Shown piece by piece: positions 30,660-41,895 of a stretch of DNA of 64,000 bases. The DNA comes from a virus (lineage: Duplodnaviria > Caudoviricetes). Location: the IMG/VR virus record IMGVR_UViG_3300033072_000306, positions 1 to 64,000 of that record; one strand, 5' to 3'. A model generated the notes under the pieces. That model ran no database searches. It was not told the origin of the DNA and worked only from the letters and a program-made list of their open reading frames with translations. The first letter of the stretch is position 1. Each line of letters begins with the position of its first letter. Both the position numbers and the translations under genes were made by a program.

Positions 30660-32628
30660 TACAAATTCTCCTTACGAACCTTCTCTTTAAATGAAACAAC
30701 ACTATAGTAAGAACGTCTATGCTTTAAACTATCACAATAACTCTCAGCCTCCTGAAGAGAATTGCACTCATAGTATTCAGACTCTTGGTAAGAGTACGGG
30801 TAATCCATATCAGTATGTTGAATTTCCGCAATATATTTTACAGTATTATTAGACACTCAATTTTCTCCAACAACATCAAAAGGAATATTATTCTTTAATA
30901 CAGAAACAATAACCATAACTTCTTCATCAGAAATACTTGCACCATCATTAAAGTAGTACATAGACTCTTTAGCAAACTCTACAAGCTCCCCCCACCGTTG
31001 TTCATTCATAACAAAACTCCTTATTTAAGCTATAATACAAGCTATCCTGAACACTTTCACTATCACCTGATACAACCATACCAGACACATCATAATCACG
31101 CTGTAAGCGCTTATTTCGAGCTTCTACAGCACCTTTCTTAATACGTTTCTTGGCTTGCTCATATTCATAATCATTTTTGAATTGATTAGCTAATAATTTC
31201 TTCACGTTAAAACTCCACACCATATTCATTTAGTAAATCTTTATTAACAACTATTGTTTTAATGTGCTTCCCAGCTTGATAGAAAGTTGGTTGCAATGCG
31301 TTTTCATCAAACCATTTCTCAAGCAATAGGTTTAGTGATTTAATTTTTTCATCATCAAATTCAACATCACTCAAGTAGTCTTCAGACCATTCAGAATGTT
31401 CTTCGTATGCCCTACCTTGCATCTCATTGATCAAGTCTTTAGCATTCAGGAAGTTATTATGTGTTGGTTTGATTTTCTCACACACATTGATACCCCAACC
31501 AATTGCATCTTCTTCATCGTTTGCAACATTTCCTACAAACTCTACAGCATCCTGTATGTTATCATAAGCACACTCATCAGTCGGGCAGTAAACCAATTCT
31601 TTAATATTCATTTCACTTTATCTCCACTAAAGATACTAGATACACTAACATTATTAACATCCATAGTCCACACTTGATCATTAAAATCTTCTACAGAGAT
31701 AATTTCATCACCATTAATAAAAGTGACAACACCTTTAACATCATTTCCAGTAAATCCATGTTCTTTGAATGTTACTACAGAGTATAATGATACTTCATTT
31801 ATCATTGATTAAATACTCCAAGTCTGATTTTAGAAGTTTCTTTTGGTTGTACTTCTTATTTGAGCAACCCAATTGTTCAATACCAAGCACATCACTAGAG
31901 GAGGAAATATGCTCTTTCTCTGATAAGACATAACAGTAATAGTCTTTAATCTCATGTAGATCACTTACACCAAAGAAATCTAAAGTTTGTCGAATTAATT
32001 CACAACCATAAGCACTGCCGACACGATGTTTACGGGCTTCATCCCAACTATCCAAAACATTTCCAAAGATGTTTAAGCAACCGCCTTGTTCAAGTGATAC
32101 AAACACGTTTACAGTTAATATCTTACGGTCTTGATAGCCTAAAGATGCTTCTGTAACCTTACATAAATGTTTAAACATATTAAATACTCTCACCTAAAAA
32201 TTCTAATTCATCATAGTTGAATAGCTCAGAAAATCCGACAAATTGAACTTCAACTGGAAACTTATCACTACCATCATCAGAGATTACAAAACCTACGATA
32301 CCATCAACAACACCGTTACGATATTCTGTTGAACCATCTCGCTTAGTCAATATTCTAACCTTATCACCAAACTCATATTTAGTTTTCATTCACTGTACTC
32401 ACTCTCAATAATATCACAAACATATGAAAAGACCTCGTAGCTGTCGTTACTTTCATAATAGTACAGAGGAAGAACAAGTTTTGAAAACTCACTCTCAAGG
32501 AATTGTCCGAATCTTTGAGCTTTGTTTGTTTGATTCCACAAAATAAGTTTCATGTTTAAACCAAGATAAGCTTTGTAACTGTCACTATAAATATCTTTAA
32601 AAATATAATCTGACATAATAATTTCCAC
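30659..32628 (-). other. hypothetical CDSs 30659-30856, ~30857-31009 (50 aa, manual), 31002-31229, 31207-31611, 31608-31805, 31795-32193, 32180-32389, 32386-32628
   Basis: Tightly overlapping co-oriented ORFs. Confidence 0.55.
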
Positions 32629-32636
32629 CTCACAAA

Positions 32637-32697
32637 ATAAAAGGATACATCCAGAAGGACATATCCGTAATATAATTAAAAATTAAACTTTAGTCAA
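32637..32697 (-). promoter_or_regulatory. promoter whose start site falls inside a terminator hairpin
   Basis: TTGACT-17nt-TATATT-AC-GGATATGTCC-TTCT-GGATGTATCC-TTTT. Confidence 0.7.
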
Positions 32698-32738
32698 CAC
32701 ATTTTAGAAAATTATTTATGTGTTGGTTAAATATTGTT

Positions 32739-32963
32739 TCAAGTATTGTTTAAATACTCTTTTAAGTCTTGTAGAGTACCAATGTATTCATCATCTTTAG
32801 TGATTAAAGGGAAGCTACGATGCCCCTCTTTAATACTCATAAACTCAGACAATTGGTAGTCTTTACCCAACGAAAGGTATTCATAAGAAACACCTTTAGA
32901 TTCACATAAAGCTTTCGCTTGATCACACGAACTACATCCTTGTTTTCCGTAAATTTTAATCAT
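32739..32963 (-). CDS. glutaredoxin
   Basis: YGKQGCSSC, RSFPLI, IG. Confidence 0.9.
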   Translation of the reverse strand: MIKIYGKQGCSSCDQAKALCESKGVSYEYLSLGKDYQLSEFMSIKEGHRSFPLITKDDEYIGTLQDLKEYLNNT

Positions 32964-32986
32964 TTAACTCTTTAACTCCTATTAAT

Positions 32987-33547
32987 TTAATCTGTTATTT
33001 TAACTTCGTAATTCATCAAAGCATTATAAACTCTGAAATCTATTTGTTCACGATACTTCTCAGCAAGACATTTAAGATATTTCTCTTTATCTTCTTTGTA
33101 CGCATAAAAAGCTTCTATCTCGGTATCAAATAAGCCAGTATATCCTCTGTGCCTTGCTCTAAACTTGTTACTATTTTTGTGAAAATCAACACCTATTGCA
33201 AAGTTCCCACGAGCTGCTTTACTTGTAGTTAACGCAACGTTTATATCTCTCGGAACAAAACAGCAAGTGTCTTTGCTGTATATTTTTTCATCTCCACTGA
33301 GTATATCCTTGTCTAGTGCGAAGTTATCGCAATTGTAACCAATCCTCCCAACAACATCTTCGTAGAAATTAGAGTAATCTAACCAATCCTCAGATACTTT
33401 CACGCCCGAATACTCTACACGTCCTCGCTCTCTTGTGTACCAACACCGCTTAACCATACCCCTCCAGATTTCATAAGCTGGAACTCTAATGTGGTTAATC
33501 TTTGTTGGAAACTTGCCACTATTAGTAGCTAACACACCTTTAAACAT
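32987..33547 (-). CDS. free-standing HNH homing endonuclease with AP2-like C-terminus
   Basis: W.GMVKRC, W..YSNF, LDKDIL...YS..TCCFVP..IN, GLFDTEIEAF.AY. Confidence 0.8.
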   Translation of the reverse strand: MFKGVLATNSGKFPTKINHIRVPAYEIWRGMVKRCWYTRERGRVEYSGVKVSEDWLDYSNFYEDVVGRIGYNCDNFALDKDILSGDEKIYSKDTCCFVPRDINVALTTSKAARGNFAIGVDFHKNSNKFRARHRGYTGLFDTEIEAFYAYKEDKEKYLKCLAEKYREQIDFRVYNALMNYEVKITD

Positions 33548-33601
33548 ATACCCCTCATAAGTGAGAAAGACACCAACAGATGTCTAACTCAAGTAAATAA
33601 A

Positions 33602-35380
33602 CTACTGACAAACTAAACAGTCTTTAATTCGAATGTGTGTAGCACCTCGAACACCGTAGTTATAATATAAACCGTTAATTCCTTCGTCCAGTAAAGCTCT
33701 CTTGTGCATCTCCCCAATATATTCCTCAGAATCGTTTCCAGAGAATGCCAAGTTAATGCTTTGTTGTTGATCGAAATACTGTTGACGTTGTGAACATAAA
33801 TCTAAGTGGTCTTCTACAGGAATCTCAAAAGCAATACGGAATAAGAACTTTTCTTCGTCTGTAAGCTCTTTAAGATGTTGACAAGAACCTTTAGCTTCAG
33901 CTACAGATTTTACAATCTCCTCTGTGTAAATACCTTTACGTTTTAGTAGTTGCAAAAACTCGTAGTTGATTCTAAATATGTCACCACCAACAGTTTCTTT
34001 AACCTTAACTAAAGCAGTCTCCATACTGATTCCCTCAGTAGGGGTGTTTCGAGATAACTCAACACTTCCTTTAGTTGGCGGAGCAAACATTGTCGTAGCG
34101 TTTCGATAAGTTTTTCCAGCCTTCTTAATACCTTCAGGAACTCCTAGAACATCACCCAGCCACTGAGAAGCTTCTCTTGTTTCATCTCGTTGACGCTTGA
34201 AGATTTCTTCGTTCAACACCATTGCATCGAATCCACCAACAGGATAACCACGTTGCATTAACAATGAGTGGAAACCGCAAGTGCCCATACCAGTAGCTCG
34301 AAACTCACTCGTAAACTTCTCAATCTTACTCAGGAAAAGCTTTGAGATACCTTTCTTTTTACCAAGTTGCTCTAAGTATCCACTAACATTACAGTCCTGC
34401 ATAATTTGAATCAGTTGGAATAAATGTTTCGGGAAACTGTCATATAGAGACAAGTTAGCATTAATAATAGGGCAACTAAAGGTATATTCATCGTTTGCAG
34501 GGAGGTTTAATTCGATGCAAAGGTTACTTCCTTTAGCCTCAAGCCCTAAAATCTTAAATACTTCGGCACGATTACGCTTCATTGTATCTAGCTTACAAAA
34601 ATAACCCTTACCAGTAGATGCTCGAAGCTTAATAACTTTTTTAAGTCGATTCAACGCTTCAGGGTCTTCGGCTTTTAATTTACTAATAAAACTATCACGA
34701 ATAATCCAACCAATATTAAGCTTATCACTCATATCTTCAAGAAGGTCTGCTACAGCATAAAAGTCACCATGTTCAATGTTAACATAGAAAGCTGTCTGCC
34801 CTCGTCTAATACCCTGATTAATCTCTTCCGTAACTTTTTGCAAGTCTTTAATTACAGGAATAATACCCTCAGACATATTACCATCATCGTCATATACAAC
34901 ACCTTCTGCCAGCCAATCCTCAAGGGAAATGGCACAACCGTGTGCATTTTTAACAAGCTGTTCCAGTTCTCCACGAATAAACGATTTCGATGCAATAGAG
35001 TTACTTAGTGTTTGACCACTACAAGAGATTGTCAACCCACGTTGAGGTAGACCACCATTAGCTTTAAGTGGTGTAGAGAATACAGCAAAACCATCTTTAA
35101 ATACTAGATTTAAGAAAACCTCTCCCCAATCTTTCCCTTTAGTGTATTCATCTTCTTCCCACCAATCAGGTTTAACACTTGGAGCATACTTAGCAAGCCA
35201 ATAACACGTTGTTTTATCACGACTCAAAACACTTTCATTTTTATATGAGTAACTTTCCATGAAGAATTGTAAGCTATTTGTAGAGTACCAATCTGGGATT
35301 TCACCAGACGCTTTCCAATCTTCTTTCAATTGTTTGTAGTTAATAAACTCAGACATACTTAACCTTGTTCCTTCCAACAT
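33602..35380 (-). CDS. nrdA: class I ribonucleotide reductase alpha subunit (no ATP cone)
   Basis: ISCS, SNLCIE, SCP, APPT, LYYNY, C-terminal CLVC. Confidence 0.93.
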   Translation of the reverse strand: MLEGTRLSMSEFINYKQLKEDWKASGEIPDWYSTNSLQFFMESYSYKNESVLSRDKTTCYWLAKYAPSVKPDWWEEDEYTKGKDWGEVFLNLVFKDGFAVFSTPLKANGGLPQRGLTISCSGQTLSNSIASKSFIRGELEQLVKNAHGCAISLEDWLAEGVVYDDDGNMSEGIIPVIKDLQKVTEEINQGIRRGQTAFYVNIEHGDFYAVADLLEDMSDKLNIGWIIRDSFISKLKAEDPEALNRLKKVIKLRASTGKGYFCKLDTMKRNRAEVFKILGLEAKGSNLCIELNLPANDEYTFSCPIINANLSLYDSFPKHLFQLIQIMQDCNVSGYLEQLGKKKGISKLFLSKIEKFTSEFRATGMGTCGFHSLLMQRGYPVGGFDAMVLNEEIFKRQRDETREASQWLGDVLGVPEGIKKAGKTYRNATTMFAPPTKGSVELSRNTPTEGISMETALVKVKETVGGDIFRINYEFLQLLKRKGIYTEEIVKSVAEAKGSCQHLKELTDEEKFLFRIAFEIPVEDHLDLCSQRQQYFDQQQSINLAFSGNDSEEYIGEMHKRALLDEGINGLYYNYGVRGATHIRIKDCLVCQ

Positions 35381-36357
35381 TTTACAAAACCATCTTCATC
35401 CCAACTATGCTCATATTCCTTGTTCTCACCTTTAGAGAAGAAGTCTGGTTCAGCATAGGCGATACTACTTGTTAAGAACCAATCGTACAACTTACATTTG
35501 ATACCAAGCTCAGGGTAAGGCAGATTCTTACATCCATGACGTACAAAATACACATTAGCCAACACTTTAACCAAATCAACGTAGTCACTTACAGGAACAC
35601 CGTTAAACTCACCACTAGGTACTAATGAGTTAAGGATAAACTCTTCCATTGCCACTTGATTGCGTGTTGTTTCTAACAGACCGTTATAATACTCAACGTC
35701 TTCCTCAAGTGAACTATTAATCTCAGCATAATAGTAATTAAAAGATTTAGCTAGATACTCACTATGCAGCAACTCATCAATAGCAGACTGTTTTGTTCCC
35801 TTAACTGTGGTTGCAATCTTGTTAACACCATTAGCTTGAAACGATCTCAATAGAGCAAACATGCTAAATAAAGAAACACCCTCAACAAGACCGAAGTTTA
35901 AACACACTTTCTTCTTATCTTTATCTTTAAGCACTTTACCAAGCCATTTTGCACGTTCTTTAAAAATTGGATCATTCAAGTAAGATAGATAGTGTTCATC
36001 ATTGTCAGTACCAAAAACTTTGTTAATTTTATCGTAGAATCGAGCATGAACAGCAAGTTCGATGGCATTGATTACCGCAGCACCTTCTTGGCATTCTGGA
36101 GCTTTAAAGAATTTTGGGTAAACATCTGTCCAAAACTTTGAAACATCAATTTCGTACTTTCGGAAAGTTGGTAAAATTCTCTCCACAACAAATCGTTGTT
36201 CATCCGTTAATGAGTATAAAAGCTCCATTCGATCTTCTTCAACAACTCGAATCTTACTAGCAAACCAAATTTGTTTCTCAAACTGCTTATTGGAAATATC
36301 CAAAAGATCAGGGTATTTTGTTTCATACCCATTGTACTCATCTGTAATCTTAATCAA
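35359..36357 (-). CDS. nrdB: class I ribonucleotide reductase beta subunit
   Basis: YE, EL.VHARFY, EGVSLFS.F, DELLH. Confidence 0.92.
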   Translation of the reverse strand: MIKITDEYNGYETKYPDLLDISNKQFEKQIWFASKIRVVEEDRMELLYSLTDEQRFVVERILPTFRKYEIDVSKFWTDVYPKFFKAPECQEGAAVINAIELAVHARFYDKINKVFGTDNDEHYLSYLNDPIFKERAKWLGKVLKDKDKKKVCLNFGLVEGVSLFSMFALLRSFQANGVNKIATTVKGTKQSAIDELLHSEYLAKSFNYYYAEINSSLEEDVEYYNGLLETTRNQVAMEEFILNSLVPSGEFNGVPVSDYVDLVKVLANVYFVRHGCKNLPYPELGIKCKLYDWFLTSSIAYAEPDFFSKGENKEYEHSWDEDGFVKCWKEQG

Positions 36358-36360
36358 AAC

Positions 36361-37529
36361 CTATTTTTCCTTCTTAAAAATCTTTTTAAATAAACTTACA
36401 ACAATCCATAAAAACAAGAACAATGGGTATAGTAAAACAATTCTACAGAAAGTCTTACTTGGACTGCTTTCCCATTTGCTCTTTAGGTCATTATATTCTT
36501 TTACATCTTCTGAATCAAGCTCATCAAAGTTATTTTTGATAAAATTATCATCAGATAGTGAAGGGATTGCCATTATTCCTAACAACAACCCTACAGAGAT
36601 GTAACAAATAGCAAATATTAGCAATGCTGTCATTTGTTATCATCACCTCCGCTACTAATATTATACTTACCCTTTAAGCGAAATTTCTCTTCTTGTCCAC
36701 CAACAACCTTGACAAAAATCTTCTCAATAACTTGTAAGGTCACTGACAACATCTTTGAAACAAAGTTGATAGGGAATACCAAAGCATTAAGAACAAACAA
36801 TGTAATTGGTAAATACAGGAAAGCTGATCGAAGATTTAAGTAAGCATTGAAATGTGTATCTGTACCACGTTCTAATAATAGACAGAATACTTTATCTGAT
36901 TTTAAAGCTAAATATAAAAGAATTGTATATGTAACACTAATACCAAAATACCAACACAAGAATGTAATCATAGAACATCTCCAAACTTAACAATCTGCTT
37001 CATTTCCTCAGAACACATCCCACTAGAGAGCCATGCTTTATCACTACGCTCAATACCAAAGTAACGGTGATGATTCTCTACCACCCCACAGAAACGGCTT
37101 TGTTGCTTCTCTATAATCTCCTGAGAGTAGTTTCCTTTGTAGAATCCAAAGATATTCTCTAACACTTGTGATACTTCATCAGAGGTGTATACAAACTCCT
37201 CATAAGAGGGATACTCTTTTAATCGTTCCTTTTTAATGATACCTACAGTGATTGCCGTTAGTAAAATCTTCTTGTCGTACAAGTCAGCCGATGTTACCCA
37301 TATTTGATTATTAGGTTTTGACATTATTCACCTCAATCAATTTCCAGTAGCATAAACTATCGTAATCATCACATACTGTATTGCCTGAAACAATTTCTGA
37401 GATAACATCATCTTCTAAATCAAGCTTAACCAATTCTTTTTTAACATCGTCTAGAGTTTCATGTTCAGAATTGTCAATCTCCATCTTCATACCAGAGGCA
37501 TAAGTTGAAACTAAAATATACTTAGGCAT
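36361..37529 (-). other. hypothetical CDSs 36361-36633 and 36630-36971 (membrane), 36968-37324, 37311-37529
   Basis: ORF track. Confidence 0.55.
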
Positions 37530-38124
37530 TGTCCACCTCTACCATCTTCTCAACAAGGTCATCCAAAATCACTTTCTCGAAATCCTCTTTCTTTCTTACC
37601 TTCATGTTATTATCAGCTAAGAAGTAATAATACTTGCCATCAACCTCAACAGTCTTACGATTGAATGTTGATTTCCAAGTAGCAAACTCTTCACTATCTT
37701 TTGTAAACTTTAGGCTGTTGTTATCAATAATACGGTCTGTCGCTTCAGCAACAATCTCTGGATAATGTTGAATCTCTTTACAAACAAGATTACCAATATT
37801 TAAAGCATACCCTAAACGCTTCTTCTTGATAGCACCATTAACCTCATCATCTTGAAGCTCACGAGAATTAAACTCATTAACCAGCTCATCTAAATAGGCA
37901 AGTGTATAGATAGAATCACCATAACCATCTAGTTCTTCTGTTAAGTCTTTCTCGGTATGAGTTACAGTTTCAATCAACTCTTCTAGAGTAATGTCAACTT
38001 GTAGGTTGATTGCATCAAAAAGCTCTTTGTTTGAATACTCTTTAATACTCTTACCATGTGCAATCTTATTGAACAACACAGCACTATCTTTTGCCTTATC
38101 ATAGACTTGTTTTAAAACTTCCAT
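37522..38124 (-). CDS. MazG-like all-alpha nucleoside triphosphate pyrophosphohydrolase
   Basis: LEELIE, ELDGYGDSIY, N.N.LKF, KVRK. Confidence 0.7.
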   Translation of the reverse strand: MEVLKQVYDKAKDSAVLFNKIAHGKSIKEYSNKELFDAINLQVDITLEELIETVTHTEKDLTEELDGYGDSIYTLAYLDELVNEFNSRELQDDEVNGAIKKKRLGYALNIGNLVCKEIQHYPEIVAEATDRIIDNNSLKFTKDSEEFATWKSTFNRKTVEVDGKYYYFLADNNMKVRKKEDFEKVILDDLVEKMVEVDNA

Positions 38125-38386
38125 TTATACACTTCCTTGTAACATCTCTAATACTATTTGTAGGTTTTCAACATGACTTTTCGACATTGTGTCAATGCTA
38201 ACTTTCACCTTGCCAAGATCATCATCAAACAGACAAAACTCTACAAGTAAAGACTCTGTATCACCATTGAAAAAACCTCGTTTATGATTGTGTGCAATCG
38301 TATATAATTGAACATTATCATTCTTTGATAACTTTAAAAACTCACTCTCAATTGATTTAATCTTTCGTACTTGTTCAATCTTCATA

Positions 38387-39286
38387 CTACACTCCTAACA
38401 ATTTAGTTTCTTCTTTCACTTTATTAACCCACTTCCTCAAGGATTGCTCATCAATACTATACACAGTGCAAACATCACGAATACTACCACATTTGAAGTA
38501 CATATCTAAGGCGCAATAACAAGTGAATGGTGTTGCATCCTTAACAAATGTTTCAATCCAAACACCTCTAAAACAAAAAGTCAGCTTATTTTTCGTTTCA
38601 TAGCCAAGCATTTTTAAAACTCTGTATACTCTGTCCCTATCGCATTTAAAATATTCAGAAATAGAAAGACTTGATAATCCTTCTAAATACATACCGACAA
38701 CACCGCTTACAAATGTCGGTGATAGATCTGAATAGTAGTAATCGATTCCATTTATCTGACAAAAATCTTTATTCACCCTGTCTTCAAATTTGTCGCTCTT
38801 ACTGGCTAAAATATCTTTACAGTAATATGGCATCTTCCTTTTCCTATTTTGTACAAGTGTTCTGCCAAAACCAAGAGCTTGCGATAAATCCCTATCCGAC
38901 ACCAATTCACCAAGAATAGAATAAACATCGGATGATCTCACATTAAGACCTCCAACAGCAATGTTCCATCCAATATTTTTATTGGGTCTTATCAAAGATT
39001 CTTTGTATAGCATTTCTTTTTCCGTACCACAATCAATTACAGAAATCACCAAGTCTTCCTCATTAAAGATTTTGTAAAAACTGTCCATGTACCTGCCACC
39101 TTTGTTACCGTTCAGTAAGTAGTTGTTGTGGTATGCTAAACGTTTCGTTACATTCTTTGATACTCCAACGTACCCGAATTTAGATATATCTTTATCAGAA
39201 ACCCTTCTTATCCAATATAAGTAATGATTCAAACCACCCAAAGAAGAATGCATTAAACTATCATCAGCTATTATCATATTCACCAC
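38387..39286 (-). CDS. free-standing GIY-YIG homing endonuclease with HTH modules
   Basis: LYWI...YVGVS..V.KR..H, E..E..I, GWN. Confidence 0.75.
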   Translation of the reverse strand: MVNMIIADDSLMHSSLGGLNHYLYWIRRVSDKDISKFGYVGVSKNVTKRLAYHNNYLLNGNKGGRYMDSFYKIFNEEDLVISVIDCGTEKEMLYKESLIRPNKNIGWNIAVGGLNVRSSDVYSILGELVSDRDLSQALGFGRTLVQNRKRKMPYYCKDILASKSDKFEDRVNKDFCQINGIDYYYSDLSPTFVSGVVGMYLEGLSSLSISEYFKCDRDRVYRVLKMLGYETKNKLTFCFRGVWIETFVKDATPFTCYCALDMYFKCGSIRDVCTVYSIDEQSLRKWVNKVKEETKLLGV

Positions 39287-40271
39287 TCATAATACTAGCT
39301 AAACTCACAAACATAGGAACTCCAAATCCATCACAAACATCATTCAGAACCGTCAAACCTCTAAAGTGGTTATTACCTTGATACCCTTTGTATCTCTCAT
39401 CAAATGGATAACAAGCTCCGTTAATAATACCGATCTGTTGTTTACCATCAATTGTTGGGCGAATAGCAATATCTAAACACTGTTTATGACCTACAACAAA
39501 ACTCTTACCAACAGTCTTAAGAATGTTCATAGCGTTACCACCATAAGGTTTCCCATTCATAGGGTTTGCTAGGTAATGCACAAAGAAAATCCCGTTAATC
39601 TCTACAGGTTTCAAGAAGTCATAAACCTCCCAACCATACTTCTCAAATGGTAACATCTCTGTTCCAAGAGTTCCAATCAGTTCTGGATTGTCGTCAACAT
39701 AACGATCTAATCTATTTTCATGGTTTCCCATACAGAAAACTTTTCGCGGATTATAACCTGAATCTTGATTTATGTACATATTTAAATATTCAAAACCTGT
39801 ATTTCCAGCTTTAATATCATTCGACAATCTACGACCTTCTGATGTTGATTTACCTTTGTCGTATGAAGATAAGCTAGGGAAGTCGTAATGATCTCCAATA
39901 TGAACAATAACGTCTGGTTTCTGTTCGTATATAAACTTACCAATATATTTCATGTATGATAAGTCTTCCTCACTTTTACACTGTGTATCAGCGATAACGA
40001 TAATTTTCTGCTTTTCCTTTAACATGGAGATAGACTTGTTTACCATCAATTCAACCTCATACTCGGAGAATTTCTTGATTTTCTTATCTTCACTTTGGTT
40101 TAAATAACCTCTAACATCTTCTCGTTCTAGAAATGTTCTAATGCGAGATTCAAAGCTATCATTTCCAAATAATGTCTTAGCAACCTGTCGATTACTTACT
40201 CCTGATTTCAGTAAGTCTAAACAAGGTTTGTGCCACTCTTTAGTGAATAGAACTTCTGATTTAATTGTCAT
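39264..40271 (-). CDS. calcineurin-like metallophosphoesterase with N-terminal HTH
   Basis: IADTQ, HIGDHYD, MGNHE, VGHKQ motifs. Confidence 0.85.
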   Translation of the reverse strand: MTIKSEVLFTKEWHKPCLDLLKSGVSNRQVAKTLFGNDSFESRIRTFLEREDVRGYLNQSEDKKIKKFSEYEVELMVNKSISMLKEKQKIIVIADTQCKSEEDLSYMKYIGKFIYEQKPDVIVHIGDHYDFPSLSSYDKGKSTSEGRRLSNDIKAGNTGFEYLNMYINQDSGYNPRKVFCMGNHENRLDRYVDDNPELIGTLGTEMLPFEKYGWEVYDFLKPVEINGIFFVHYLANPMNGKPYGGNAMNILKTVGKSFVVGHKQCLDIAIRPTIDGKQQIGIINGACYPFDERYKGYQGNNHFRGLTVLNDVCDGFGVPMFVSLASIMSGEYDNS

Positions 40272-40274
40272 TTA

Positions 40275-41163
40275 TTATTCAACCTTGCCTTTTAGAATAG
40301 TGATAAGACTCTTACACTTATCAATGATTGGTTTATCTTTACTCTTATCTAAGATGTTTGAGACATGCTCAACAAGTAATTCAGTGTCGGTTTTAGACAT
40401 ACTCGATGGTAGGACTAATGCGTTACTATTACCATCAATAAAATTATCAATAATGTTATTGTATAAATAACTACTCATTATTCAATCTCCTTCTACCCAA
40501 AACGATGCGTCCAAGACGTTGGTTAATTCTTCTTCCAATAAATTAGCAAGAAATTCGTCTTTCTCCGCTTGAGACATTTTCAACCAATCTTGTTCCGTGC
40601 AACCTAAATCCTCAAGAGTATACTCGTATTTATGGTTCGCACCATAATAACCAATCCCGATATTACCTTTAACTACAATACTCATTGTTCAATCTCCTCA
40701 TTATCAATGATTTCATTATCAACAATCTCAATCTCTGCATTAGCTAAATAATAAATACGAGCTAAAATCATAGAGTTTAATAACACTTCACCATCAATAT
40801 CTAAAGCTTCACAAGCTTTGTAGTATTCCTCTAGGGCAACTTGATCTTCAGGTTTATCAATCTCAATCTCTAGGAGTGACTGTTGATTCTTCTGTAAGAT
40901 ATGGAAGTTAGATAACTCTAATGGTGATGGTAAGACATCGCCCAACTCAATCTTTAGTTTATTTGTCATTACTCATCAACCTCATAAGAATCATCTAAGT
41001 AGTCTTCAACTGAATTTTTTGAGATATCCCAATCAATCTCGTCTCCCTCTTTGTACTTATATGCATATTCTTTCAATAACTCAATAGCTTCTTCAATTGT
41101 CTCAGCTTTTACGCTGTAGTATTCAGTTCCAGTTACAGGAATAGAAAAATTAAATACTTTCAT
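40275..41163 (-). other. hypothetical CDSs 40275-40478, 40482-40685, 40682-40969, 40969-41163
   Basis: ORF track; several acidic. Confidence 0.55.
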
Positions 41164-41755
41164 TATTCAAACTCTCCAATAATAATTCTCTTAGTAAAGA
41201 TTCTTGATCTTTCTTTAGCTTTGGAATAGAGTGTACGCCATACTGCTTAATGTTGTCAACAACTTTCTTATCTTTTTTAATCTGAATAAACTGTTTCTCG
41301 ATTCTAGCTTGTTCAAAAGGGATATTCATTTTCTGAGAATAAGAAACAATTTCATGGCAACCTTTACAAACCCATCGTAAATCATCTCTAGTGACAATAA
41401 CAATATCCTCAATAAACTGCTGAATATCTGAGATGTCTTTTAGACTACTTCCCTGTTGGCGAATATGATCTACTTGAAGCTCCTTCTCTATAAAAAGATT
41501 ATTGCATATCTCACACTCACCGCCCCAAACTGTAGGTTTCTTTCCGTTAGGATTAGGGTTTGGTATTTGGAATCTTTTATCTTTAATCAGCTTTGTTTTT
41601 GATGGATGTCTGTTCCAAAGAGACCTACGTACACCGCCCCTAATATAAGACATTAAGGAAGCCTTAGACTTCCACACATCAGAGTTTTCTTCTAAAAGTT
41701 TTTCTACTTTGTCTTCAATCTGCATTACGGGTAAGTTCTCCAATAATCTTTGCAC
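41150..41755 (-). CDS. HNH-type (His-Me finger) endonuclease
   Basis: CEIC...VDHI...L..VCKGCH. Confidence 0.75.
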   Translation of the reverse strand: MQRLLENLPVMQIEDKVEKLLEENSDVWKSKASLMSYIRGGVRRSLWNRHPSKTKLIKDKRFQIPNPNPNGKKPTVWGGECEICNNLFIEKELQVDHIRQQGSSLKDISDIQQFIEDIVIVTRDDLRWVCKGCHEIVSYSQKMNIPFEQARIEKQFIQIKKDKKVVDNIKQYGVHSIPKLKKDQESLLRELLLESLNNESI

Positions 41756-41895
41756 AATCTAAGCAAAAGATAATATTCTGACCACGATTCCTAAAACTGT
41801 AAGTGTAGATGATATCATCACCTTTATTCAACTCAACATCACATCCTCGACAAAATCCAGATCGCTCAATCTTGCGTTTTTCTATTTTATATCTA

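Noticed and set aside
35359-36357. Unusual NrdB metal ligands (ELAVH spacing, Glu as first ligand)
   Set aside because: The radical Tyr is retained and, from memory, the pattern is typical of a phage-associated class I subclade
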